NCBI GenBank assembly: GCA_977016875.1
Contig: CDRNST010000034.1
Location: 62,001-126,000, forward strand
Source: Pavona decussata
Lineage: Eukaryota
Direction of reading: 5' to 3'
Length of the DNA stretch: 64,000 bases
The notes under the pieces were generated by a model, which did no database searches, had not been told where the DNA came from, and saw nothing but the letters and a program-made list of their open reading frames with translations. The number at the start of each line of letters is the position of its first letter. Position 1 is the stretch's first letter. The translations under genes were made by a program, and so were the position numbers. Shown here piece by piece: positions 43,701 to 58,700 of the stretch.

Positions 43701-46700
43701 TACGGAATCCAACACAGTTCATGCACACTTTGAACATTTGTGAATCAACCTTAACAAAACTCGTTTGTGTCGCTTGTTATTTGACAGTACGTGGAGTCGG
43801 GGTTCATAACCCCTATTCACTACGAAAAAAACTTGTTAAGCTGCACTGTTGTTGCATTAATCTACACCCGCTATGTCAGTTGTTTCCTGGACCTTGAATC
43901 AAGTAGCGTCTCTTGTGAAGTTACGGCAAAAAGATTAAACCGTGGGGGTGGCTACGGGCTTGAAGTCCCATGCAAGTACAAGTTTCAAGGTTTTCCAAAG
44001 GTCGTGGCCTGGATAGCAAAGTGCATAGGTAAAGAAAACGAGAAGATTACAACTGCGGTTGATCTAAACCAAGACGCGAATAAGCGAAGGAAGAATACAA
44101 GTGACTCAACTGATTCCAGTAAACGGCAGCGCAAATGGGTTGTTGTATAAATGACGGGAAAAGTGACTTTAATTTTGCATTAAGACCTATTGTAAGGTCT
44201 GGTATATTTTATTAAAACCACTGTTATCAGATTGCGCTAATTTTTTGGAATTTTGGACCTGATATAAAATTTCAAAAATATCCGGTGTCCGCTTTGAGAG
44301 GTTTTTTGAACCAACATACTGGAAAAAAGTGTCTGCTGTCCGCCTTAGAGAGAGTTCAGTTACAGAAAAACAAGTGAAATTCGGCAGGGACTAAATTTTC
44401 TGTCCGCCTTAAAGAGGTGTCCGCTTAGAGAGAGTTGACTGTATGTGTGGAAACCTTCAGTACACTATTTCTTGTTCTGCATCAGAAAAGAAGAGCGTTG
44501 TAGGTATGTTACGCACCTATACAAGTGACTCCATCTCCCGAATATCCCATGTGACACGTGCAGTAGAACGATCCTTTGGTGTTAGTGCAGTTGGCATCAG
44601 CATGGCAGTTGTGAGAGTATTTGTCATAGTGTTCTAGAGCCAAACTGTCGGCATTGCATTCGTTGATATCTAGGAAAAGAAATGACGTGAAACAATTATA
44701 GATTATAAATAATGCAAGGAACAATTGGTTGGGTTAGGTGAGATGCATCTTTCCTCTTTTCGCTGGTTTGCAACATCTAATATCCAAATGGCAATAAACA
44801 GCATTGAGAAGATGAAAGGGGAATGGATATTTCAATTAACGTTGCCGTATTTCCAAACCTCAAGTCCGTAAAGGGAGTATGGGTGGCTGTGAATTCACGG
44901 TTGGGAGCGCAAGAGGATAATTGAAAAGCCATTAACATTTGCCTCTGGAAATTACTCAAAGCTGCATTAAATAGTTTGGTTTGGTAAATTGCTTCATAAA
45001 ATACCCATATCACCTTGCAGTGTTGTCGTGTAGGCTTTCCGAAAACGTTAATCGAAATATCTTAATATCTTTGATTCGTGAGATGTGCCTTAAGGCAATA
45101 TGGACGTGCCTTTCACATTAGCCAAATCCATATGCGTTTATACAAAAACAAAAATTCTGCGCGCTGTAATTGGTTATAGTCCATGATTTTTTAAAAGACA
45201 GATACATGGATGACGTCAGCGAGTGGTGCGACTTGAGTGTGTGATCAGGGCCCAGAGTCCAAATACTGATAAAAAATGTCTTGCAAACTAGTTTGCCATA
45301 TTTTACTTAGTCCAGAACAAAAACAGACATTATTTTTTCCCTAAACTTAAAATGTCCCACAATAACTGTTAAAAACGACTCAAACATCAAAAGGTTAGAA
45401 TTTTGTTGTGAGGTGAAGAGAAGGAAGTGTTTGCTCAATTTTTGTGGCCCTGAGGAATCCAGGAAGGATAAGGATGGCTCACAAATCACTGTTAAAGATC
45501 AGTTTGAGGTTATTTCTTAGATTACAAATTTCTAACTGGATTAGAGGTTAGTTAAGAAATCGTTTGTTGACTTATTTTGATTTATGTTCTGATCGGGAAG
45601 TTGACTAATTATGATAACTATTTGAAACTTCTGTAAATAATTAGCTTACTTTCAACAATACGCTCGCCTGGGAAATTTATTTGTTATTGTATAAACCAAA
45701 TAGATTTAACGGACGTCAAAATATAGTAAGCACGCAAATGATATTCGCAGGCGACTCGTTTGCCACTCCCCCCTCTTTTGACGTCGTTTGTGATAAAACA
45801 AAACAGCCGCATGGTAAAATGGAGTCCGTTGGTTAATTCGTATGCATTTGTAAACAATTATTTAAGTTTAACCACATTTTATAACAAGCAATGTAAATTA
45901 AGATTAACACCTGGTGTGTTACGTTGCCATTTCTTAACTTGGTGCCTATGAATTGAGAGCCTTACCGACGCACGTGACTCCATCTCCAGAGTATCCCGTC
46001 TTACATGTGCAAAAGAATGATCCTTTGGTGTTGGTACAGTTGGCGTCAGCGTGACAGTTATGTGTTCCAGATGAGCACTCGTCTATGTCTAACAAAGAAT
46101 GGAGGCAAACATATTTGTTTAAAATTTTATTAAACCAAATCTTAATAAATGGGAATCGCTATTATAGAAAACAGGAACCAAAAGCGCCAATAAACGTATG
46201 GAATTTAAAATCACGATAAAAGGGTAATTTCAAGTTGTCGCGTCTCACTAGTGCTTTAATTACAACATTTCGTTGGTTGTTAGGATTCACTCTGTGCTAA
46301 GATGGAGTATTAACAGAATGATATTCTGACTATTCTGAGGTACGCGTAAGGGCTAAAATATTGCAATAATGATGGGTCCTCAAGTGCTTCATTGCATAGA
46401 ATTAACTGCTGTATTTGCTTTGGAAAGCTTTACTTTTATTCAATGCTCGAGTGTGTTAGAGCGATTCAACAACACTACTTCATACCACTAGTAGCTACAA
46501 CAATTAGGCTATCTTTACGTACTATTTTTATTTACCTTGACAGGAAATTCCTTCCCCTGAGTATCCCAGCAGACATGTGCAGTAGTACGATCCTTTGGTG
46601 TTTGTACAGTTAGCATCATCGTGACAAATGTGAGAGAAGCGCTGGTACTGAGAGGTTAATCCTGATGGGTTACATTCGTTGATATCTAAAGCAATAAAAT

Positions 46701-49700
46701 GGTTGAAAACTTCATTTAGCATTCAAGGGAGAAGAGAAAAACAAAAAAATCAGACCGTTGATACTCTTCCTTCACATGAGCTTTGTGTCAGCCATAAGAG
46801 AGGACCATAGTATTTTTATTCCAAAAAATACCGAGTTCTCAACTATATTATTTAGTAGAAATTTATTCCAAGAAAAACCTATCATACCAACACACGTGAC
46901 TCCATCTCCAGAGTATCCTGTATGACAGGTGCAGTAAAACGATCCTTTGGTGTTTGAACAGTTGGCATCAGCATGGCAGTTGTGAGCAAGATGTCTGTAC
47001 TTATTAGATATCTGATCTGGAAAACACTCATCTACGTCTGCAAGATAACGGAACGAATATTAGCTACTTTTGCCATTGCGTTGTTATCAATTTTAATCTA
47101 GTTTTGGACAAACTTCTTAAAGGAAAAATACCTATTTCCTTTCTTTCAAATGACAGAAGGCTTTCTTTTTCATGAAACAATTGCCTCAGAGGAAACTAAT
47201 TGTCAAGTTTTGTGGAAGACCACCATATACATTATTGCTTTGTTGCAGGCAACTTTTCCACCAGAATCAGAAATTAGGTTAATCCACCAGATCAAGCGTT
47301 TTCCGTCGGTATTAACGGCCTATTGCCTCTAATAGAAAACTTCGAGTTACCAACACACGTGACGCCATCTCCAGAGTATCCCGTATGACAAGTGCAGTAG
47401 AAAGATCCTTTGGTGTTTGAACAGTTGGCATCAGCGTGGCAGTTGTGAGCAAGATGGCTGTAATCGTTAGATATTTGATCAGGGAGACATTCGTTCACGT
47501 CTGTAAGAAAATGAAAGGAATGTTGGGTTTCGGTACTTGTGGTTCATATGCTTCTCAATCTCCAACACGTAATAAAATTAGTGTATTTATCTGTGTTAAA
47601 CTAGGCATAAAGAGCTGGTCTGAAGATTGATCTTCTAAAACAACTCTGTATACTTATGAAATAATCTACCTGAATTCCAATTGAATACTTACCGAGACAC
47701 GTGACTCCATTTCCTGAGTAACCATGGTGACATGTGCAGTAGAACGATCCCTTGGTGTTGGTACAATTGGAATCAGCATGGCAGTTATCCATTTCTGTGA
47801 CACATTCTTCAATGTCTGAAAATATGGAATTGCTATTCTCTTGATCCTTAGATAATGTGTAATCTATTTTTAACGCAAGTAAATCTTCATTCCTACTTAC
47901 CAAAATAACATGTTATTTTAAAATGTTTTAGGAATCTTACAATGTCGATATGTCAGACAATGTAGTAGTAAGATGGAATCATTATTACAGAAAAAAGGAC
48001 AGGCTGGTTTCCATAAGATCACCAGCAAACGTTGGGAATTGCTGCGTACTTAATGAGCAATCGTCAGTGATAGTATGGAGACCAGTCATATTACAAGTAT
48101 TTCAATAAGTTAGTGTAACGTACTTGTTTGAAATACACATATACAGTTATTATCATTGGTAATAATTGATTAGTAATGGATCAGGAGTTTATTAGAGATC
48201 ATAACGTTCTTTAGTTCAACACGCAACGTACCGATACACGTGACTCCGTCTCCAGAATAACCAGTCAAACACGTACAGTAGAATGATCCTTTGGTATTCG
48301 TACAGTTGGCATCAGCGTGACAGTTGTGAGCGAGATGACGGTACTTATTAGATATCTGACCAGGGAAACACTCGTTTAGGTCTAAAGAAAAAGAAAACTT
48401 AAATGAATTTTATTTTATTATAGATGCACTGAGAAGATGGGCGTGAACAAAAATCAATATATACAAAGACAATGAAACAATAATACACCGGAAAGTTTTC
48501 AACACATGGTTGTAACGTCGGTGAAGTAAGACACCCTGAAGAGATTCGAGAGCTGACGTTTCGAGCGTAAGTCCTTCATCAGAGCGAATCAATCGAGTAA
48601 AACCCGAATCACCTTACGGTGGCCAAATAACGTTATCGACTCAGTTGTTAAAACTGACTATTCGTTTCCGCTCCCTTGCCGACGCGGCACCCCAGTCTGT
48701 CAATCAGTGAATCATACAGTCATTGAGGGAGTCAGCCAGACAACAAATCATTCAATAGATCTGTCTAGCCGTCAGACAATCAGGCAATAAGCCAATAGTG
48801 GCTATTAATTAATTAATTAATTAATTAATTGATTAATTAAAACCTAAGGGAATAACAAAGGAATTAATGAATAAACGTATTCAAATGTACCTGTACATGC
48901 GACACCGTCACCAGAGTACCCCGTATGACATGTGCAGTAGAAAGATCCTTTGGTGTTGGTACAGTTGGCATCGTCGTGACAATTATGGGCATAATTGCTG
49001 TGGTGCGGTGCTAGGTTGTTATCATCGCATTCCGTAATATCTACAATTTCAGTGACAGACGACAATAAAAAATAGTCATAACACGAGTAATGTCCTTTTT
49101 AAAACAAAAAATAATTAATTGAAAAATGACAAATATGTAACGAATGGTGAGATTAGAACAATTCAACCTGTTACAGGTTATAAACTGCCGTCAGAAACCT
49201 TTGAAACATTACGAAACTCCATTGTTTATGCACAATTTAACTTTTTGAAGGGACTTGGTGTATAAACACAACGAAATCTTACCAACACACGTGACTCCAT
49301 CTCCAGAGTATCCCGTATGACACGTGCAGTAGAATGATCCTTTGGTGTTGGTACAGTTGGCGTCCGCGTGACAGTTGTGTGTTCCAGATGTACACTCATT
49401 GATATCTTAAAGAAATACAAGACTCAAATCATCAGTTTCTGTTTTTTAATTAATAATGAATTCCTAAAACTGAGAAAAAACTCTCTACTTGTCTCATTGT
49501 TTTTATTCACAGAGTACACCTTTTTCAAGATCTAATTTCCTCAGCCAGTTGTTATGGTGCATTGAATTGGGTTAAGAGTGAGTGTTTGTGTTTTGACTGT
49601 TTTGAGTAACATACATAACAAACGTTTACCCGTGCAATGTTCTCCCAAGCCAGAGTATCCCACCAGACATGTGCAGTAGTAGGATCCTTTGGTGTTTGTA

Positions 49701-52700
49701 CAATTAGCGTCATCGTGGCAAATGTGAGCCAAGTGCTTATACCCAGAGGATAATCCAGACGGTCGACATTCGTCAACATCTATAACAAACGTAAATTCAC
49801 AAATGAACTTAAACATGACGCGTAAAGTTATTTACAATTTGGTCGAGTTTGAAGAGTGTTTAAATGGTTAGAAGGGGTTGTGGTTACAAATTCCTTTACG
49901 TCAGTTCAAAGATCGAAGTACTTGATTGGGTGCTATAAGTCAAGCTACTTGGAAGGACAATTCGAAGTTTTTGCATACCAGTAGAACAATAACAAAGACT
50001 CTATATCGTGACGCCTAAAAAGAAATCCTGACAATCTAGTTCAGTTTATAAATCTGCCGTTGTCTTAGCAGCAATATACACATCGATGACACCTGATTAA
50101 GGGACACGAAAGAATCACATAACCTACCTACACACGTGACTCCATCTCCAGAGTATCCTGTATGACACGCGCACTGGAATGACCCTTTGGTGTTAGTACA
50201 GTTGGCATCAGCATCGCAGTTGTGGGCAAGATCACGATAATCAATGGGTATCTTATCGGGAAAACATTCGTCCACATCTAGAATAAAGGAAGAATTGTGA
50301 CCAGCAAGTTAATTAGTATATATTTACACAAGTCATCAGTTGTTTGTTTGTGTATATCTGTGTGGGACAGTAGAAGGATCATCCTTCGAATGTTTTAGTG
50401 AGACTGCTACCTTTTAATGTCATCATATCAATATTTACAATCATTATAAATTGATGTGTACGGCATTGGATAAACCAGAAACAGGAAATATTTAAAGGGC
50501 CCTAGTCAGCCAAACCTTTGTTTTTGTTTATATGCGAGAGTTTGGCTATTATATTTTATTCGGAGCATGTCGAAATGGACGAAATCACTGTGAAACTACT
50601 AAAGATAGTGAAACATAATTTGAGGAACACAACTTACACTGAGTTAAGCAATAAGATTTCGCTTCACCATGCAATATCAATAATTTCGACGCCATCGAAA
50701 ATGGCGGAGGCTGACTAGGGTCCTTTAACACAACAATCATGTTTTTTATTGATTTCCAACACTAGGGACAATTTGTACGTTATGACCAGCTTTTACAAAG
50801 TAAGGGTTTATTGATGGTCAAAAGACGTATTTTTACCAATACACGTGACTCCATCTCCAGAATATCCCGTATGACACGTGCAGTAGAATGATCCTTTGGT
50901 GTTTGAGCAGTTGGCGTCAGCGTGGCAATTGTGAGCAAGGTGACGATATCCTTCAGATATGTGATCAGGAAAGCACTCGTTCACATCTGAAAGTGAACAG
51001 TGTCAACTTTAATTGAAGACTGTCTGGATTGATCATGAGCAAAATGAGTTCACTAGGAAAATGGATTGAGCCTTACCACTGTTAGTTTCTGTTTCACATT
51101 TTCATGTAGAATGTCATTCAAAGTTCCTCACTTACCGACACATGTGACTCCATCTCCTGAGTATCCCGTATGACACGTGCAGTAGAATGATCCTTTGGTG
51201 TTGGTACAGTTGGCGTCAGCGTGACAATTGTCCTTGTCTGTGATGCATTCTTCAATGTCTGGAATGCAGGTTTATCGTTATTTTGGTTTTGAATGTTGTA
51301 ACCGTCGTCGACATAAGAACTCTTCAGTTACATGTCATAGAACAAGAAGTCGGTCAACCTTGTATTTTACCGTTGTGTTTTTCTATTTGTTAGTATCCCG
51401 TCTGAAAGAGTGAATAATTCGTCAAAACTAAAAAAATAGGAAAAGATCAAATATTAATCATATGGATCAGGAGTTTCGGGCCTTGCAGAAAACCTGAATT
51501 ATTTACGTTTAACTATGTTGCTGTTTGGTGAGATCTTTTGACTCATTTGGTGACTGTTGTTGTAAACGTCGGCAATATGAGATATTTTAAAGATATGAAA
51601 TAAAATAGAGATACCTCTGACGACATGCGGATGAGTCCTTTATCACCATCACCTACCTACACAATCGACTCCATTACCAGAATAACCATTAAGGCACGTG
51701 CAGTAGAATGATCCTTTGGTATTTGAACAGTTTGCATCAGCATGACAGTTGTGAGCAAGATCACGATATTTATTAGGTATCTGATCAGGGAAACACTCAT
51801 CCACATCTAAAAGAAAAGCGAACAACAAAACACTTCGTTATTAGCATCACTGCAAGAAGAATGTGGGAAGATAAACTTACACTGTTATACTAGCTTCATT
51901 TATTTCAGTTGTGGGTACTGTATTCAAATATTTCACTAAATGTCTTTCCAAGGTTTATTCGAAGGAAGAAGTTATTTTCCTACTGCTCATCGTTGCATAG
52001 TTTAATTGTTTTTTGTCTTGTGTATCAACATTCCTTTCCTTTCAAAAAGAATCTATTACCTGAACAAATGACACCATCTCCAGAGTATCCCGTATGACAT
52101 GTGCAGTAGAACGATCCTTTGGTGTTGGTGCAGTTGGCGTCGTCAGAACAATTGTGGGCATAATGGCTGTGATGAGCCGCTAGATTTTTATCATCGCACT
52201 CGGTTATATCTTTTAAAGAAATGTAAAACAGGAGTTAGTGCCACTCATATGGCACCGCCTTCAACCCAAGAAAATCAACTGCTCCCAGGGGACCACTCAC
52301 CAACACATGTAACTCCGTCTCCAGAGTACCCCGTATGACACGTGCAATAAAACGATCCTTTGGTGTTGGTACAGTTGGCATCAGCGTGGCAGTTGTGAGT
52401 ACCTGACGTGCATTCATCAATATCTAGAACGGGAAATAAACAACGAATTCTTGTAAGAAACAATAGCTAAGTTGGCGTTTCTAGGAATGGAAATACTGGG
52501 TTAAGATGTTGTATTGGTTCGCGTGATAAGCATTATGGTGCGTAAAACGTTCGAAATGCATGTTTTCATTTAACGTTTGAGTAGATCACAAAATTGATTA
52601 GATTGGTGTCCTATCTCAATTTGTCTTGTTGCTAATATAAATTAAAAGATGTTGCCTAACTTGCAGTCGTCCCTGAGAAAAAATAATGCTGTGCTCCTGC

Positions 52701-55700
52701 TTTGATTTGCACCCCTCAAAGGACTTTAATTAGACTAGTAGTAATCAAAAATTAGGGAGTTCGTTCAATGATCTCGATTTCAGGCTCTCTCTCCTTTGCC
52801 AAGTTGGTGATGATGTCATCCGCCCCTGCAAAATCTGCAGGGGATGCCAGATACACGTCCCAAGATTCATTCATTCGTTGCTTGTCCCATACAATCTCGA
52901 CTAGAAACTGTATTAAGAGTGTGTTCTTTCTACGTCGAACGCAATACTTTCCTAGTTAATGTAGTTTTGCAATTCTCAACTGTAAATATAAATTCTAAAT
53001 ATTTGGTTAGTTTTGTATTGACAGCTCTAGCGAATATAGTTCTCTAATACCTAGGAGATATTTCGCTTTAGATCTCAAATTTAAAGATAGTTTTTACCGT
53101 TACAATCTTTTCCATTTCCAACATAGCCCTGTTGGCAGCCACAGTTGTAAGATCCTTTGGTGTTTTTGCAGTTGGCATCAGCATCACAAAGGTTGACCAA
53201 GTGCCGGTGGTCACTGGATAATCCAGATGGATCGCATTCGTTGATGTCTGTTAACAAAGAATAGTATTGGTGAAAGGAGTAAGTTCTGTTTTTCTTCCCA
53301 AAATATGGTGCGTTTAAGGATTTTGTTTACCTTTTTCATTATTTTTTAAGTTATTTCCATTTTGAATAGTTTGTTTCGCTTCCCGAAACATGCTTTGAAA
53401 TCAAATTCAGTTGTTCGAATAAGCTTTTAAAAAAGCTAACGTCATGTGAAAGAATAATTACCAACACACGTGACTCCGTCTCCAGAGTAACCAATATGAC
53501 ACGCACAGAAGAAAGATCCTTTGGTGTTGCTACAGTTGGCATCAGCGTGACAGTTGTGTGCAAGATGACGATATTCATGAGAAATTTGACCAGGAAGGCA
53601 CTCGTTAACATCTGAGGCAAGAAAAACAAAGGACAGAAATCACTCTGTTTTCTTATTACTTTATGTACCTTCGTTGTTCTCTTCTTGCTTTAAACATTAA
53701 TATAACATTAAAATTATTCTTCCTGTTGCTTGTGTTGCGTCGGGTAATGGAGAATTTTCAACGTGTTTAAGGCAACAGAATTGTACCAGATGCCAGTGTG
53801 GCGGTGATTTCCTGGCTCAATTACGTTACTGCAAGAAAAGTAGTTTACTCACACCTACCTACACACGTGACTCCATCTCCAGAGTATCCCGTATGACAGG
53901 TGCAAAAGAAAGATCCTTTGTTGTTGGTACAGTTGGCATCAGCATGGCAATTGTGAGCAAGATGACGATAATCATCTGATATCTGGTCAGGGAGGCACTC
54001 GTTTACATCTGCATTTAACAATTGAAACATTACAATAAGACACCTTTGTTTGAAACAAGTTCAGTGAATAGAGCTCGACACATCTGAATTAAGATGAAGG
54101 TTAATGAAAGATGTTACTGGTATTTTCTAAGCTGAGGTAAAAGAAAGCCTCGTAATTTGTTTATTTACCGACACACGCGACTCCGTCTCCAGAGTATCCC
54201 GTATGACAGGTGCAGTTGAAAGATCCTTTGGTGTTGGTACAGTTGGCGTCAACATGGCAGTTGTGTGCTCCAGTAGCACATTCCTCTATGTCTGAAAATA
54301 TGAAGAGAACGGAAAAGTATATCATATCTTTTTTAAAGAGCTTTTTTTGCTCCTCAAAAGTAAATGGAAGTAGACGAATTTCACGACATTCATTTGTCTA
54401 GTCGAGTTGAGATTTGCATGCGTGTCCATTCCGCTAATCCTGTCACGGATGGAAAGAAAACAAAGTAGTTAAAAGGTATTTTAATCCAGCCTGGGAATCT
54501 ACAGGTACTCATATGTAGGTATTGCTGTGAAGGTAAATTTGTTTCCTTGCTCAAAGCGTACTTATAGTACCTTTAGTACCGTAGCACGATATTTCGATGG
54601 AAGCCGTAGAAAATAACGTTTGTCCAGTAGGCATGTTTAGGTTCGAAGGTTGTTGTAGTAAAAGTGTAAGGTCGTGTTCCATTCAAATATCATTCAAAGT
54701 TTGTTTTCTCGACAAGTCACAGCGGTGCTTAATTTCCTTATTAACAAATCGTCAAGGGCGTGATGCCATAAGATATCATCCAGAAAATTGATATCTTATG
54801 ATGTCCCTTATTGGCAGGTCTATTATTGGCAAGTTTTTTTTTTTTTTTTTACCGCAAGCCATATATGGTAAAACGTTTACTCAACATCTCGGATTTGGAT
54901 CAGGAGTTCTCTGGCTTTAAGAAAGTAAGATTTCCTTGTACCTGTCTGTTTACGTACCCACACACGTAATTCCATTACCAGAATAACCATTTAAACAAGT
55001 GCAGTAGAAAGATCCTTTTGTGTTACTACAGTTGGCATCAACGTTGCAGTTGTGAGCAAGATGACGATATGCACCAGGTATTTGATCAGGGAGACATTCG
55101 TTTACATCTAAAGAGCAAAATAAATATGTCAATATAAATGATGTAGAGTGCAAGAACACTCATAAAAGAAAGATTATACGTTTTCCAGGTTCATGCCTTC
55201 CATCTATCCTATTGTGGAACAAACATTAAGCTATTTCTTTTCGTTTTCTAAGAACTCAAATTTTCTAACTCGCCTGCCAATGAAATCGTCTGAACTCAAA
55301 TTCTATTTGCTCTTTCAAGAAATCTCTTAAGACGAAAATTATTACATAAATATGAACAATATTAAATCTACCGGGTATCTTTTAGCTTCTTTGTTTGAAA
55401 TCGACTTTACGCCTTGTGATTAATTGTAATCATACTCTAATCATACTTAGTTTGGGGATACCTTACCACACATAAATTTTCTAGTTTATTGTAGGCCTCT
55501 TTGTCACCTTTTCTTTACATTTTTGTATACATAATCGATTTATTGTAAAATAGGTGAAAAGTGAACTAATTTCCTACCAACACAATCAACACCGTTTCCA
55601 GAGTATCCTGTATGACATGTGCAGTAGAATGATCCTTTGGTGTTGGTACAATTGGCATCAGTATGACAGTTGTGAGAATAATTGCTGTGATGCGGCAATA

Positions 55701-58700
55701 GGCCTTTCGTGTCACATTCAATTATATCTGAATTAACAGAATATAGCAAGAATTACTGAAGAATTATACATGTCACAACGTTTACCTTATGCAAAGATAT
55801 TTCTAAAAGTCATTTAAAGAAAAGACGACATATCCCCACCTTCACATATGACACCATCTCCAGAGTATCCCGTATGACACGTGCAGTAGAATGATCCCTT
55901 GGTGTTGGTGCAGTTGGCATCAGTGTGACAGTTGTGTGCTCCAGATGTACACTCATCAACATCTATAAAACACAAGGTCATTGCTACAATGAATAAATGC
56001 ACGGACAAACGAACGAACAAAAGAACAAACAAACGAAGGAACGAGTGAATGAATAATCACTTTGTGCTTACTGAAAACATAGTAAATTAAAGAAAATAGT
56101 TTAAGGAATTTAGAGAAAAATTTCTACACAATTCGATTTCAGTGAAAGGTGGTTGTCCAGTTCATTATTTAGTTAGTGTGTAAAACTCGGATGGAAATAC
56201 CATGATACTAATAGATCTGGTGAACAAGAAAACGCCATGCAAAAGTCCAGTGCTGCAGACACTAGAACACCCTCCCTTTTAAATTGCCCTAAGACTTCGT
56301 TTATTCGTATGTGTATTGCTAGTCGACAGAGGTGGTGAATTTTTTATAGTAAGGATTGTTTGACTGTTTTTCATACTATCAGGGCTTTGGCTTTGGTTCA
56401 TTAAACATGTGTTCTTCCTTTACAGGTTTTCTTAAAAAACTTCACACTTAGGCTAGTTTCGGTACATTCCTTGTTTCATTTTCTAGCTCTTTCAATATAG
56501 ACCCTGTTCGGTGCCTTTAGGTGTAGTAACACCGAAGAGAAAGTGTTATTAAAAACTACACCTGTTATCATTAGAACCTACCCTCACATATGATTCCATT
56601 TCCTACATAGCCCTCCTGGCAGACGCAATTATACGATCCTTTGGTGTTGGTACAGTTGGCATCCTCATGACAAATGTTGGACAGGTGTTGATATTTGGAT
56701 GATAATCCAGATGGGTCGCATTCGTTTATATCTGTTAATAAGGAACAAATAGATCGTGACTGGCTCAACTGCACATCGCTCACAAAACTTAATGTACAAA
56801 ATAAACAGAAAACAAAACCACAAATTAAACATTTACCAACACACGTGGCTCCATCTCCAGAGTATCCGGTATGACACGTGCAGTAAAAAGATCCTTTGGT
56901 GTTGGAACAGTTGGCATCAGCGTGGCAGTTATGAGTAAGATAACTGTACTCATTAGATATCTGATGTGGAAAACACTCATCGACATCTAAAATAAAAGGA
57001 ATACAGCATATGACATCTCAATCGTACTAAGGTAAAACACACTTTGCTTTAACGAATCATATGAGGAACACCATTAGGTTGCTCGGACATTCCATTTCTG
57101 CCACTTTATAATCCGTATTATTTTCTAAAGCGACCCACTCGTTGGGCACAGTATACGAAGAAAATAGTAACATATCCTGAGACAAACACGCTGCGAAAAA
57201 ATATCATGACCAATGAAACCTGGCTTTGAAGGTTTGTCTGTAAATGATACCCCGATAACCAGAAACCTTCCATTAGCAGAACGGCGTGAGTATTAAAACT
57301 GTAACGGGAAGCCTCTATCAACAATGGAGGCGAAGACAATGACGAAAATAATTTAACGCTAGCTAATTGAAAACAAGCCGATGTATGTACTAAACATATT
57401 GACCTTAATTTGGAAACATACCAACACACGTGACTCCATTTCCAGAGTATCCCGTATGACACGTGCAGTAGAATGAACCTTTGGTGTTGGTACAGTTGGC
57501 ATCAGCGTGGCAGTTATGGGCAAGATGACGATAATCATCTGATATCTGTCCAGGAAAACATTCGTTCACATCTAAAAGTGATAAATGATTGGAGGAAAAC
57601 ATCATCACCTCGAACGTTGACATTAATTCTATAATAACGTTTTTACATCAGCTGACCTATAAGTGTCTGTGCCTTTATAGCGAAAGTCAGGATTTCAAAT
57701 CTTATTCAAGAGAGTAATGTTCTTTACAGAAGCTTTTCTGGTTGCACTCGGAGCGTTTCTATAGAGTATATGTAAGTAATAGTAATAGTCTTTATTCTTA
57801 CTGACAAAAACTCATGTCAATAGCTACAATCTGGAAAATAAAGAAAGCTAACGAACAATATTAAAATATAGAAGCTTTATTTATATTCTATAACTGTAGA
57901 CTCTGCTCTGCTTGTGTGTTTGTTACATCCTAAAAACTGTTAGCTTAGGAGTGACTTTCTTTAGTAGAACTAGTAGGTCGCAAGTAAACGTGGTGGTAAT
58001 TTATTAATTGCATTAACTTAAGGACAGATTGCTTACCAACACACGTGACTCCATCTCCCGAATATCCCGTATGACACGTGCAATAGAATGATCCTTTGGT
58101 ATTAGTGCAGTTGGCGTCGGTATGGCAGTTGTCTTTTTCTGTGGCACATTCCACGATGTCTAAAATACAAGTACATCACTACTTGGACTTTGACCTGGTC
58201 TTACCCTCTACCGCGATAAAAATACAAACATTCACACTAGTAATCTCCACTTCTCTTAAATCTTAACCTCCGCGCTTAAAACTTGATATTCCTTAACACC
58301 CTTTACTTACAAAACTGATAACAAGTTTTCTATTATGTGTCTAGGTATCCCGGCAGCGATAAATTTCCATTATTTGATGATCGATGTTTTGAACATTTTT
58401 TTTTTGATAAGTAAACCAAAAATCTATCTTCATTGATAGAGAGTCATATTTTAAGCTTTTGTCGATGAATGCCTTTCTTAAAGATTACGGGATGAATGAA
58501 ATGGCACTCGTACACAGTTGACCTTTCATTTTCCATCTACCACGCCATTTTAAAGCGTAACACGTAAAATGGAAAATGAAATATCAGAGACAAGAATTCT
58601 AGTAACAGTACATAATAAAACTGAAGGAGGAAGAATGAATATTGGCGTGGGTTCACTATTAAACCTTGGCAAGAGAGAATGATTGAGCCTCCTGATAACA

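Noticed and set aside
48805-48840. (TTAA)n run
   Set aside because: Ordinary microsatellite.
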